Below are positions 25,317 through 38,391 of a stretch of 64,000 bases of DNA, one piece after another. Source of the DNA: Oopsacas minuta (lineage: Eukaryota > Animalia > Porifera); contig JAKMXF010000296.1 in NCBI GenBank assembly GCA_024704765.1, forward strand, positions 133,307 through 197,306, read 5' to 3'. Position numbers and translations under genes: made by a program. Position 1 is the stretch's first letter. Every line of letters begins with the position of its first letter. The notes under the pieces are model-generated. The model did not search any database and was not told the origin of the DNA. It saw nothing but the letters and a program-made list of their open reading frames with translations.

Positions 25317-26339
25317 TCAAGATTGATTAAATTTCTTGATAGCGTTAGTTGCCCAATTGGCATAAAGCTTGGTTTTTTGAGTATCCGAATTCCGACCATC
25401 AATAAGAATCTTATCAATCCCTTGCTTGTCTTTTAGTACCTGAATGATATTTTGCCCAAAAGATATCGACAAGTCTCCAAGAATACCACAACACGAACAG
25501 ATGTTTGAATCTGTGCGGACGGGGTCCTTACCGATATAATCGATAAATGCGAGAATGAAAGGAACCTGTGGCCATATTAGTTGTACTTCCTGATTAACTT
25601 CATTAGGATCAGGACCTTTCAATCCTTGAATAATACCTGTATATGCATCTAAGCAACTGTCTCTCAATTCATTCATATATTCCACTAAAGTGTAGTCCTT
25701 TCTATCAACTTCAATTTGTGATGCCTGAGACAACAACTGCAATACTGTTTCTATATAATTTTTAAAATTCGGACCAATGGCCAATGCAATGTCCCCAAGA
25801 GCAGATATAATATGGGGTTTGGCATCTCTAAATAAGGATAACTCGGTAAGTCCAGCAAGAAGACATTTGACAAGGTCATCACAATATACTAAAATGTCTT
25901 CACCCAAAGCGCGAGATAAATCACCTACAACGCCAGCTGATGCAATACATACTTGATACTCACGATAATTCTGTAAACCAGCCAATAGACTTGGTTTAAA
26001 AGAATCCATGTATTTGGTAAAATCAGAATGAAGAACTTCAATAAGAGTACCAACTGTCAGAATTACATCCTCTTGAATACTCCCATTTTCAAGACCAGAA
26101 GTCTGAAGAATATACAAAAGAGGATGCATGATAGAATCTGCTAGTTTTGACATATCATCCTTGTTTAGTTTCCTAAGTAAACTTTGAAGAGTTGCACATA
26201 AATAGGATTGCACATTGTTGATATGATTCCTCTCAGATGCAGGAAAAGTGGATTGGATTGAATGTTGAAGTTTTTCTATAACATGTAGAGTGGTTTTTCC
26301 AATAGTTTCATAACAATCCTTAGCACAGTAACGGATGAC
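25317..26339 (-). CDS. KPNB1: Importin subunit beta-1, last coding exon
   Basis: VIRYCAKDCY...YLCATLQSLLRKL...QVCIASAGVVGDLSRAL...KPHIISALGDIALAIG...ELRDSCLDAYTGIIQGLKG...WATNAIKKFNQS*. Acceptor ttttacag at 26341-26340 (phase 0); TGA at 25319-25317. Confidence 0.95.
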   Translation of the reverse strand, partial: VIRYCAKDCYETIGKTTLHVIEKLQHSIQSTFPASERNHINNVQSYLCATLQSLLRKLNKDDMSKLADSIMHPLLYILQTSGLENGSIQEDVILTVGTLIEVLHSDFTKYMDSFKPSLLAGLQNYREYQVCIASAGVVGDLSRALGEDILVYCDDLVKCLLAGLTELSLFRDAKPHIISALGDIALAIGPNFKNYIETVLQLLSQASQIEVDRKDYTLVEYMNELRDSCLDAYTGIIQGLKGPDPNEVNQEVQLIWPQVPFILAFIDYIGKDPVRTDSNICSCCGILGDLSISFGQNIIQVLKDKQGIDKILIDGRNSDTQKTKLYANWATNAIKKFNQS

Positions 26340-26367
26340 CTGTAAAATGTAAAATTTAATCAGTTTG

Positions 26368-26433
26368 CAGTAGATTATCCGAAGGGCCAACAATATTTAC
26401 AGTAGATTATCCGAAGGGCCAACAATATTTACA
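26368..26433. repeat. 32-bp tandem duplication
   Basis: cagtagattatccgaagggccaacaatattta x2. Confidence 0.9.
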
Positions 26434-26494
26434 TCAGGTCATTTCACGACCTTTTGAGCAACGATCAGCCACTCCGCGGAATTTGAATAACAAC

Positions 26495-27510
26495 CAGGGA
26501 CGGACTGGCCTACGGGGAGAACGGGAGTTTTCCTCGTGGGCCAGTGTATCGATGGGCCAGTGAGCTGCTCATAACCCTTCAGTGCAGTGTAAAAATTTTT
26601 CAAAACATCATAGAACAACTGTGGAACGACGATCAAAATTATGGGAGTATTTCATGGTTTAACTCACTATTAAGATACTTTTTCCAATTTCCTATTGTCA
26701 ATGCATTTCAGTGATCTATTATTCCAAAATATCTTTTACTCTTTACCTGGCTGTCTGGACTATAGTAGAGGTCGCAAGCTCGGCTCAAGCCTAGGCCCGA
26801 GGCCCGTATGGGCTGGGGCCGAGAAACACGGCCCGTTGCTACCACTTGGCTACATGCACTTCCACTTACCTAGTAGGGTTGTCCGGATAATTGAGGTTCT
26901 GCTTTAATTATTCTATTCAGTGTTCAATTCTTATAATTATTCAAATTATAGGGATATCAAGTATACATATCGACAATTTAATGATTATAATTACCCATCC
27001 ATATGCATACAACATAATGTGGTGTTTATCCGGCCATGACCGGACCAGCTCTACTGGCTCTGTATGATATATGCAGTATTTGAAGAAACAATTGGCCAGG
27101 AATGTTTGATGCGACTGTGCTTATGGTATGTACATAGTACATGTCGTTTGAATATTTTTGTGAATATGTAGTAACTAAGAACTATGAGAAATTTTGCATT
27201 TAAATTAGCACATTTTCGAGTATACAATTTAATTCGGAAAGAGTATCCAAATTAATACACGGACATAACCCTCATATCTGCAAGGGCAACATTTTGACAC
27301 CTATTACATATTTTAACATCTTATTAATATCTTAGAATTTTTCACATTCACTCATATGATGGATGGCTAGTCTCTAGCTCTCATTTACCAGTTCCTCAAT
27401 CAATTCTATAAAATCACCAAGATATGTTTGACTTTCAGTTTCTATTTTTATAGTGAGGTGGGTCAGCGTAAAATCTTCCCGGGCCAAATTATTGAACCAG
27501 TCCGTCCCAG
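26495..27510. mobile_element. hAT-type MITE
   Basis: TIR C(A/T)GGGACGGACTGG; TSD ATAACAAC/ATAACAGC (7/8). Confidence 0.75.
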
Positions 27511-27618
27511 ATAACAGCTAAGCAGTTGTGCCCCTGATTATAACTGGATGGAATGAAGAATTTATCAATTAACACAATCTATTTAAAGAGGCAAATTATT
27601 ATCAATGATGACTAATAA

Positions 27619-28825
27619 CACTGGACAACATCAAATTTATTCCTCAAATGAAAATATATTACCTAGACTAACTTTGGGATGCTGATTCCAAATCTGAAAT
27701 CAGAATTGGTCTATCACGTCAGGATTTCAAGATATGAAAATTCACGAAATTCGGATTTTGCATTGATTGGCACTATATTATAAGGTACTATACAGTACAA
27801 GTTAGGCCTATTGTACAATTTTCTTTCCCAGCGAATTGTTGGTCAACAATGCATATTATGTACGGTTAATATTAACATTATTTTGTAAATGTAATGTTCT
27901 ATCTTTTGACAATTAATGCATTCTTGAGTGTTCTTGGCCATGGCTATAAGGAGGGGTTATTTAGCCTACTTGCGGGTGGATTGTAGACTGTATCGATAAA
28001 CCAACAACATTACTGTTTTGCAGAATTTTTAGTTTGTAACTGATTGTGTATTTAAGCTTTTTGTTTACAATGAATACGAGCAGAAGACAATACACGAACC
28101 ACCCAGATAACTTCTGCTATATTTGTGGAAAATTTACGCCGAAGCCCCAGCGAAGAAATATTGCCAATCGTGTCAAGATTGGCTACAAGTATTACTTTGG
28201 TTGCAAAGTTGGTGACCAAGACAAGAACTGGGCACCTCACATCTGCTGTACCATCTGCTATGCCAGTCTAATCCAATGGCTTAATGGAAAGAAGAAATCC
28301 ATGCCATTTGCGGTACCTATGATTTGGCGAGAACTTAAAAACCATACGTCGGATTGTTATTTTTGCACAACAAATATCGCTGGATTTTCGACCTCTATAC
28401 CGTGATGGAATCGCGGTATAGAGGTCGATTTAACCCAAACATGATGGGGGACTACTGCTGGTTTCTCCAGCGTGAAACTGACACTGAACATGCCCGAAAG
28501 AGCAAGTGTATAAAGCACTTTTGAGAGGATACAATGTTATTTTTGTCTGGTTTAATCATCCTGGGTTGTGTTAAATTGTGCAAAATGATAATTCTGTTAT
28601 TTTCACTAGCAATCACTGTGTTTATTACATGTAATGTTTTGTTCTGCACAGCCAAAATTAGCCAAAATGACAATTACGGGTTGTTGTGTGCATATGTCAT
28701 ATCTCAAAAACGTGACGTGTTAGAAAAAATCTAAGGCCAGATTTGGATTCAGCATGGCCATATTAGTCTAGGTAAACTTGAAACGAGCAAGGAATAAAAA
28801 ATAAGTTGTAAAATGTTGTCCAGTG
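27619..28825 (+). mobile_element. Internally deleted Chapaev3-type transposon
   Basis: TIR CACTGGACAACA, 3-bp TSD TAA on both sides; N-terminal HPDNFCYICGKF...DQDKNWAPHICCTIC...PMIWRELKNHTSDCYFC joined to C-terminal MESRYRGRFNPNMMGDYCW. Confidence 0.9.
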
Positions 28826-29267
28826 TAATCAAAGACACCCTGCTTAGCCCCCTCGGAATTGTATGGTGAGCAGATTAGTATATATTAATATTAACATGGC
28901 TTAATTCTGATTTTATAATAATTTTAATGATTCTTGAGGTAAAATTGAATATTCATAAAAATTCGTTATCCATGGCCTCTAACGTAACTCATCTACGAGC
29001 CAATTTGAGAATGTCGAATCTTTGGACATTTTGCATATCTATATATCATTTATTCAACTTGAGTTGTTAAATACAATATTTAACGTTATATTAGGCATCA
29101 AAGAATGTAATACATGTATTTAGGAAAACTGTATATTTGCAATAAAGAAACCATGTCTATAAATGCTTTCAGCTAATACTGAAAAGTTTATAGCAACGTA
29201 TGCTGCTCGAAAATGCAGCAAACATTTATACTATTAAAACTCAATTAATCTATGTATATGTGTGTAC

Positions 29268-30725
29268 TGTTGTGTGGTAGAATTACCACCTCTATTACTG
29301 GTACCATGGATATTCATAACCCGTGGCGGAATTACTACCTACTGTTTTATGACTTCTCTGATTGAATACGCAATCACACAAAACTTAGTTCTGATTACAC
29401 CCTCATGTTTAGCTTTATATTTATACCATATAAACTCAAATTTAGAAGTATTTTCCTGATCGAATTATTCTTGCATGAATATGGGGCTGTTCGAATGTCA
29501 TACTTAATATATTAATTGGATTTTAGACAAATGGACGAATCTGCAAATACAGTTATTGTAGATTTCCTTACTAAAGGTATATTCCCAGCTATATTGTCAA
29601 CAGTTCTAAAGCCATCAGACAAAATTTTAATAAGTGCGCTTCTGCGATCCAACTAGACAAAGAATCTCGCCTGTATAAGGTTGTTCTAATTGCATATCAT
29701 TCCTATTGATCTAAATTAACTCGTTACGAGCTCTTGGCCCTGCGAACACTTGTGTAGTATTCTACATGCTACCAAATTAGCTCATTCACTTGGAAATTGT
29801 AAACGCCCGCACAACAATCGCTTCGCTGTTGTTGTAAATAGCCAGGTACTTCGTGTCTCGACAGGCGTTCAGAATATTGTATTGACAATATCACATCCGA
29901 AATCAGTATACTTGATTACTCCAGTATAATAGTCGTTGTTATCGATCAATCCTTGAGAATGTCAACAAGTGAGATAACTCAATAATACCTGAGTGTGACA
30001 CACACACTGACAAACAACCTGAATATATGCCCTTCTTGAAAAGAATGTGAATATTCGATATAGCTTAGTTCCCTATTTACCTGTAATTCATAGATACACG
30101 AAACAAATGGTATTTCTTGCTCAGTTCGTTATCCAGCCAAGCAAGAAATTTCCAATATACTCCATCTGTATCACGACCCAGAACACTGCGGTACTAATAC
30201 AACGAGGGAGAAGATAAGTGAATACTTTTCACGGCGAGGAATGGACTGTTGCGTGGCAGAAGTACTACTGTAGTCGAATTATTACTTTGAACTTCTGATC
30301 ACACTTCAATTTTTATCTACTCAAAATGATAGGTAATTATTTGAAAATATCAGAAGTTTATTGAATTAATGAGATGGAAGTAAGTGATAAAATACATGAT
30401 ATTTGAGATTTGGATGAAATACATGAAAATTAAAACAATGCAAACATAAATACGTATAAATAAACTAGAAAATACATAAAAGTAGCCAATGGTATGAAAC
30501 AAACAAGAAAACAAGAATTTGGTAGTACTAAATACTTCTGTATCATCTTCTATATTCGAGTTTATAAGGTATAAATATAAATCTAAATGAAGGTGTAATC
30601 TGAACTAAGTTTCGTGTGATTGCTTATTCAATCAGATAAGTCATAAAACAGTAGGTAGTAATTCCGCCACGGGTTATGAATCTCCATGCTACCAGTAAAA
30701 GAGGTAGTAATTCTGCCACGCAACA
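29268..30725 (+). mobile_element. Long-TIR element, probably Ginger-type (gypsy-integrase-related DNA transposon), decayed
   Basis: ~195-bp TIRs with TGT...ACA ends, GTAC on both flanks; internal MDESANTVIVDFLTKGIFPA resembles GIN1/Ginger N-termini (weak). Confidence 0.5.
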
Positions 30726-30734
30726 GTACATATA

Positions 30735-31639
30735 CAGTCAATGGACAAAAGTATTCGACCACACAAATATATTGTCATAAATTGTATACTCTTTCCCGCT
30801 CCTATATAGTGTATAGTCTATATTCGTAGCTGCAATCTAGTAATTTGCATAGAATAACATATGTTTTTCGAGAATTTCAAAAAATATTTTCGATTTACAC
30901 TTTTTGAAGGTGTTAATTATTAATAATTATTTGATAATTAATGATAATCAAAATATGTGGTAATTCAAAACCTATTAAGAATCTGTAATTTCTGACTTGA
31001 TATTTGAATTCTACGTAGGCGAGTTACCCTAGATTTAAATTTCCAATGAGATTGAACAATTTTTACCAAAGTTATAGAAGAATTTCAATTTGTGCCACTT
31101 GAGCCACTTCTTGAAAAAAGTGGCACAGGCGGCAGGAAAAAGCGCCACTATGAGGAAATCAACTAGGGTTAGGAGGAATAAGTCAAAGTAATATTTTCGA
31201 ATGATATGACTATGCTGACCCTTGAATTACAAAATAACCTCTGGGTAACGACCACTTGTGCCACCTTGGGCAAAAGGTGGCACAAATTGAAATCTTCTAT
31301 AACTTTGGTAAAAATTGTTCAATCTCATTGGAAATTTAAATCTAGGGTAATTCGCCCACGTAGAATTCAAATATCAGGTCAGAAATTACAGATTCTTAAT
31401 AAGTTTTGAATTACCACATAATTTGATTATCAATAATTATCAAATAATTATTAATAATTAACACCTTCAAAAAGTGTAAATCGAAAATATTTTTTGAAAT
31501 TCTCGAAAAACATATGTTATTCTATGCAAATTACTAGATTGCAGCTACGAATATAGACTATACACTATATAGGAGCGGGAAAGAGTATACAATTTATGAC
31601 AATATATTTGTGTGGTCGAATACTTTTGTCCCCTGACTG
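30735..31639. mobile_element. Tc1-derived foldback MITE, copy 1 (~365-bp inverted arms)
   Basis: Ends CAGTCA..GGACAAAAGTATTCGACCAC, TA flanks; arms 30735-31098 and 31277-31639. Confidence 0.92.
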
Positions 31640-32005
31640 TATATACATGTATATATATATACACACTACCGAGCATAATTATTTCACCATATCTAAATTT
31701 ACGGTTACAGTTCCTGGCTATACGGTGAATATTTGAATATCCCTAAGATAATATACTTTAAAGAACTTCATGATTTTGTTGGTAACATTATCTCAATAAA
31801 TCCATTAAATTGTTAAAACTTGACAGTTGATAACCACACTTTGCTAATTAAATAGAGAATGAGTAAATTACATATTCAATTCAGAATTTCAGATAAACTC
31901 AATGAGATGAAAACAATTCTGATAGCATATCTACGTTCTACGAGTCTGTGTTATAGTATAGATTTTGGGTGGACAGAGTAAAATGCCCCATGGATGGTGA
32001 TGACA

Positions 32006-32071
<66 letters not shown>
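32006..32071. repeat. (ATT)n microsatellite, about 22 units
   Basis: Direct reading. Confidence 0.97.
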
Positions 32072-33222
32072 TTATTGCGAATTTAGTGTAGCTATTGATA
32101 ATAATATACAGTGCAACCTCTATAGTCTATAAGTGGGCCTCTATAAACTGGGAGTGGAGAATGGCGCATACTTTAGAGATAAATATATATCACGCCATTG
32201 AATTTTGGCTCCATTAGTGGGGAATTCAAAGATAACTTTTATTGAATAATTTCCAACAAACCTAGGGTAAATTATGAAAATCAAATACCATACAAAATAT
32301 TCATTGGAAAAGTGCTATACGCATTTAGAATTAATTAGAATGCATTATCTAACTAAGTACAGTGGAATCTCGCATAACGACCAACCAGGAATAGTATCCT
32401 CTTCTATTACCCTACCACTTGTAAAAGTTCCGTTAGAATACTATAGACATTCACATTAATATATTTCTGGATTACAACATAAGTTAGGCCCGGATCCAGT
32501 AATTGTTCTAGCATTAAACTAAGATTATAGCCCCGTATTCCAAGATTCCACTGCGCTTACTAAGATAACAGTATCTAATAAGATGTACGTGCATATACTC
32601 CATAGAATCCAGATAGTTGATGATACTAAAAATATGCAGTAAGAAATGTGTGGTTGATGATTAAACATTTGAATCAATATTTGAAATCGAATAAAGGGGG
32701 CAGGCTCGGTTAGGCCAGGGTTTGGCTACGCCACCGCTTTTGAGGGAGGCGTGGGTGCGCGGCTCAACTTCTTTTCCTGAGGGCCGTTTAGACCGAGGTT
32801 TCCACAACACGACTTCGTATTTGGCATATCAGCACTGCCCTCTTGATAAACAAAAAATGTTGGTATATATTCTCATTGTGTAGTGTACTGTAAATAATAC
32901 ATTTAGCCATAGGCTACAAATCAAAAGGCCTCTCAACTAATTATAGATTTTGTAAAATGGATGCTCCTGTCGACCGAATTATATGGTAATTTACCGTGGA
33001 AGGCATAACTGGTACACAGTGTCCCAAGAGTAAAAATCATACATCCAATCTTTGAAACAATCTCAAATTTGGAATGGCATGCTTAAATGACCCCATCTAT
33101 CATTTAAACCATAAAACAAAATTTTTGAAAATAAGTTATTTAAATGATGAGTGAGCAGATAGGATAAGGGCAAATATCGATTAAAATGACATTCTCACTT
33201 CTGGGCTTTCCATGTACATATA

Positions 33223-34558
33223 CAGGGTGTTAAGAAATTGATGCCCTAATAACTAAATCTACAATAATGCAATCATAGTTTCAATGTTCAATCTTATGAA
33301 ATACACACATATTTCATTTTGACAACCAGTTTTAGACAAGTTTAGTTTATCACTCGTAGTCAGAAAGCCAATGTCAATTTAGAATATTATCAAACCCGGT
33401 TGTACAAATTATAGCGTACACTAATAGTCAAAGAAGCAACTTCCGCCAAAAGAAGCAAGGCAGTAGGAATAGTATTGGGTGGAATGACTCAGATACGGAT
33501 TTCACAGAGCTTAGGAGTATACATTCGAACAATTCGGTGTTGTTTGAGCCGCAATAAGTCAGGTCGTTCTCTCGAAAACAAGCCTGGACGTGGACGCAAA
33601 TCCAAATCCCAAAATTGCTAAAGTCGATATTGCAAAATCGTTTACAAAAGACACCAATCAACTCGGAGATTGGCTAAGCGATTACACTCCAAGAGATACC
33701 CAGTGTCTCATGTAACAGTACAAACATTTTTAAGAAGTACACTCTCTGTCAAGTCCTTTAAACCTCAAAAACAGCCAAAAATCACCGAAAAAACAGCGGA
33801 TGGCTCGCCTTCAATTTTGTAGAGATAGGAAATCCCGGAAAACTAAGAGTGGCGCCGGGTACTGTTCTCAGAAGAGTCTCCCTTCGAAGTATATCCTCAC
33901 TTAAACCATCAGAATGATCGTGTCTGTGCTTACAAACAGCCTCAAGTTTTACCAACTGAAACCGTAAAATTCCCCTCAAAAATCCTCGTCTGGGGTATGA
34001 TGTCATATCGTGCAGTGTCAGAACTCCATATCATCCCAAAGGTCAAGCTGTTAACGCGGATTATTATGTAAGAGAGATATTGAATAAGTCATTGATGTTT
34101 ACTATGCAGTCGCAACCAGAAGAAGCGAGTATTTTACATCGCAAGATATTGCCAGACATGTCACAAGCCATCTTTCAACAGGATGGTGCTCCGGCCGACA
34201 CTGCCTAAAAAACGCAAGAATGGTGTAATAACAATTTAGTCGAATTTTGGACAAAGGAAACTTGGCCAGGTAACTCTCCGGAACTCAATCTCATTGAAAA
34301 TTTGTGGTCAATAGTCAAACATGATATTCAAATGATGCCTACTCCAACCAACATTTTGATGCTGGAAAATCATGTAAAGCTGGCTTGGTCGCGGATATTT
34401 CCAGAAATTTTGGAGAATTTAGTAACAGGGGTGTGTACTAGAGTTAAATTATGTATAAAACGCAAGGCAGTTATATTGGAAAGTGATCACCACTTTCCAT
34501 ACCGCTGATCCCAAACTGTACTCAAATATAATTAGGGCATCAAATTCTTAACACCCTG
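33223..34558 (+). mobile_element. Tc1-family transposon (DD37E spacing), transposase disrupted
   Basis: TIR CAGGGTGTTAAGAA(A)TTGATGCCCTAAT with TA flanks; ENKPGRGRK; QDGAPADTA*...WPGNSPELNLIENLW (37 positions between D and E). Confidence 0.88.
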
Positions 34559-35259
34559 TAGATGTTTGAAATGTCAACCATTAATGTTCATAGTGAAAAT
34601 AGGAACCATTGATAAATTCATAGGAATAATAATATGGGGCAATGGATAATCAACTCACATAAATCACTAGATTCACAGAATTGAATGAAATGAATTTTTA
34701 TGTGAATCGGCGCTTCGGCTAGGAACTATTGGAAGTTCTCCAAAGTAAGGTACATCATTAGGAACAATGGAAGATATAAAGTGTATGAATTTTGATTGAA
34801 TATTTTCCGAAATAAAGTTTTTATCTTTGGCTGGGAAATTTATGTTTTTCGTGAGTTGTTTCGATATATTCAAATTTGGAGTTTACAAGAAGTTAAGTAC
34901 TTGAAGTGATCCAAATTTCAATGAATTTTCATGTAAAACTTCCAGAGTTCTAGCATTTTTAAGATATAGGCAAAAATGAAATACGTCTACGGTTAATATG
35001 GGACTATAGATTAATGGAGTGTATAATAATGTATACTAAGGGGTATATTTGTGTTTTTAGCTATTTTACGATGGAGTCGGAGTGGTTTTAACTATTTTAA
35101 AATAGAATTTGTTATCAACCCATAATTGGTATTTATTTACTTTTTGAACATTTTATTAACCAATTAATGCCAAGATATTTCCATCTAACATATTAGTTAT
35201 TTTAGTGAACATAAAATGTCAAGCCTATGTGAGCCAACTATATATCTGTATTTCTGCAT

Positions 35260-35560
35260 ATACAATGCTGACCAGCGCTGTTCTGGTTCCTTCTATGACA
35301 ATGCGCAACAATTTCCGGTATTTTCCCATGCCACACAAGCCAACTGAACTAAAAAACTTTTTGCTTCGGACTCTCCACTGGGAGAAGTTCCTGATCTCAA
35401 CACTATTTACCTCTGTTCCAAGCATTTCAGTGATGATAACATTGAATATTGTTATAACCTAAAATATTCAATGGAGATGGCATTTGTTGAGGAGTCCCTC
35501 GCAATTATAGAAAACTGGGTGCAACACCGTCAATTTTAACTAGATACCCAGTTTACTATT
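35260..35560 (+). pseudogene. THAP zinc-finger relic (P-element/THAP9-like fragment)
   Basis: Frameshifted ...PLGEVPDLNTIYLCSKHFSDDNI (CxxHF THAP motif). Confidence 0.45.
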
Positions 35561-35717
35561 CCACACACCACGAATCGGCGTGGTGCCTCTCCTCAAATGA
35601 ATAGTTCCTCCCCTAAGCTATAAAACTCATGGTATTAATTATTGAAGAGTGAAGGTTATAAGAATTTTTGTTATTACCAGATTCCAGGATTAGCACCTAA
35701 GTTAACATTTCTTTATA

Positions 35718-35965
35718 CACTGCCTGGCCAAAAGTATTGGAACACCCTGCCACAGTTAATACCTGAAACAAAGGGTATGCTACCATAGTTGTATAAGCTA
35801 AAGAAGATTTCAAAAAATGTTGAACATAAATATATCATAAACCGAATGATAACAAGCTATTGTTCTACTTTCCGCAATATCCATAAAATCTTTCAACATA
35901 TTCTCATCAAATGCCACTTGTGCACAGGTTGTAAACAGTGCTCCAATACTTTTGACCAGGCAGTG
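35718..35965. mobile_element. Tc1-type MITE
   Basis: TIR CACTGCCTGG(C/T)CAAAAGTATTGGA(A/G)CAC, TA flanks. Confidence 0.85.
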
Positions 35966-36009
35966 TATGTATTTCTAATCATGATCAATTTGATATCTTA
36001 ATCCATATA

Positions 36010-36925
36010 CAGTCAGGGGACAAAAGTATTCGACCACACAAATATATTGTCATAAATTGTATACTCTTTCCCGCTCCTATATATTGTGTAGTCTATATTC
36101 GTAGCTGCAATCTAGTAATTTCCATAGAATAACGTATGTTTTTCAAGAATTTCAAAAAAATATTTTCGATTTACACTTTTTGAAGGTGTTAATTGTCAAT
36201 AATTATTAGATAATTATTGATAATCAAATATGTGGTAATTCAAAGCCTATTAAGAATCTATAATTTCTGACTTGATATTTGAATTCTACGTAGGCGAGTT
36301 ACCCCAGATTGAAATTTCCAATCGAATTGAACAACTTTTACTAAAGTTATAGAAGAATTTCAATTTGTCCCACTTGTGCCACTTTTTGAAAAAGTGGCAC
36401 AGGTGGCAGGAAAAAGCGCCACTACAAGGAAATCAACTAGGGTTAGGAGGAATAAGTCGAAGTAATATTTTCGAATGATATGACTATGCTAACCCTTGAA
36501 TTCCAAAATAACCTCTTGGTAGCGGCCACTTGTGCCACCTTCGGCAAAAGGTGGCACAAATGGCACAAAATTGAAATTCATCTATAACTCTGGTAAAAAT
36601 TGCTCAATCCGATTGGAAATTTCAATCTGGGGTAACTCGCCTACGTAGAATTCAAATATCAAGTCAGAAATTATAGATTCTTAATAGGTTTTGAATTACC
36701 ACATATTTTGATTATCAATAATTATCTAATAATTATTAATAATTAACACCTTCAAAAAGTGTCAATCTAAAATATTTTTTTGAAATTCTTGAAAAACATA
36801 TGTTATTCTATACAAATTACTAGATAGCAGCTACGAATATAGAGTACACAATATATAGGAGCGGGAAAGAGTATACAATTTATGACGAGATATTTGTGTG
36901 GTCGAATACTTTTGTCCCCTGACTG
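36010..36925. mobile_element. Tc1-derived foldback MITE, copy 2
   Basis: Same arms and spacer as 30735-31639, same orientation, TA flanks. Confidence 0.92.
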
Positions 36926-38120
36926 TACTTTGATATTTATGCGCCATATCAGAGGTTTATCCAAGAATTGTTTACCCGGCATTATTTCCCGGGACTCTGC
37001 TGGGATGGCACTTTTGGGACACTAACATAATGATCAAATATAAATTTTTGATTCTCGCATTCTGCACATTATGCCCTTTATGGCTGCTGAACTGGCACTT
37101 TTAGCTGTTCGCCAAGCACCTAGAAGACCCTTTCGCCATAGATAACAACTGTATTACAGTTGATCATGGCCTAGTAAAATACGGCTATACATGCTGTCGG
37201 TCAGCCTATGTAAATAGTTGATATTTGTAAAGGTAAATATACTGAAAAATAAGTGCTATAGGCGTTAGGAATGAATTATTAACAGAGTATACATATAGGT
37301 GGCCAAATAGGTTATTGGTTATCATATGGTTGTGGAATGTCCTATTGTGGTACAACACACACAAGTTTCTTTACTGTATCTAGACATTATTTCCAACACC
37401 CGTAATGTCTGATTGGGATATATCATAATGAATGAATGTGGTTTACTCGATTCAATAAATTTGATAACATAATCGGAATGTGATCACATTTTGTGTTGCT
37501 AAGGAAATTAGTTTTGTCATATTGAAGCCATAACTCGAAAATCTAATTTCTATAGATCTATAGTTAATACGAGTAGTTCCATAATATATTACTTGATGTT
37601 TACATTTTATAGAATTTATTGTAAAACTTTGATCGAATAGTATGATGTAGAACTTTGATCGAATGAGGAAAAATTACAATTTTGATCATAGTTCCACTAA
37701 AATGTCCTCAGTCGGAATTTGATAGAAAAAAGAGAATTTGATCGATAGTGCATGGGTTTGATCGAAAAATTGACCCTAAACGGAAATTTTTTCAATTGAT
37801 TTTGCATACTGTGAACTTTCTTGGAGATCAACCAGTTAATGAAATGCTTGCTTCATCCGATGGTATTAGCTATTTTTCATACCTGATGACTTACATTTAC
37901 TGTATATGTACCACAGCTAGTATATTAATCATTCTCTCAACAGGATTATAAATTATCTTACGTAGCCTTTTAGATTTCAAAACCGAAAAATTGGATTTTA
38001 ATCCGATATTCAACGAATTCCAACCTATTTCTTTCGAATTCAAGGATTATATAATAACTGAAGGCAAGAAGTTTGTTTCTCAGAATTTCGAATGCCAAGG
38101 TTACCTGTATATCCTATCTA

Positions 38121-38357
38121 CCCTCCCTGGCCAAAGTATTGGCACACCATTCCACAATTGACAAATGGAACAAATATGCATGCAATTTCGTCGCAAAAAC
38201 TGAAGATAAAATCTAACATCTTTGAACATGCACATATCATATCCACGTGCGATTATCCAATATTTCTGCGATATCTACAGAGGTTACAATATATTCTCGC
38301 AATGCGACACTTGTCTCACAAGTGGTATGATGTTTCTTAACTTTTGGCCAGGTAGTG
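38121..38357. mobile_element. Tc1-type MITE related to 35718-35965
   Basis: Ends ccctccctggccaaagtattgg / cttttggccaggtagtg, TA flanks. Confidence 0.65.
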
Positions 38358-38391
38358 TAGTCAACCGAAACATCCACCTATTTGAGATGTA

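Noticed and set aside
26340-26393. N-terminal extension MLALRIIYCKLIKFYILQ of ORF 25317-26393
   Set aside because: Intronic sequence upstream of the splice acceptor.
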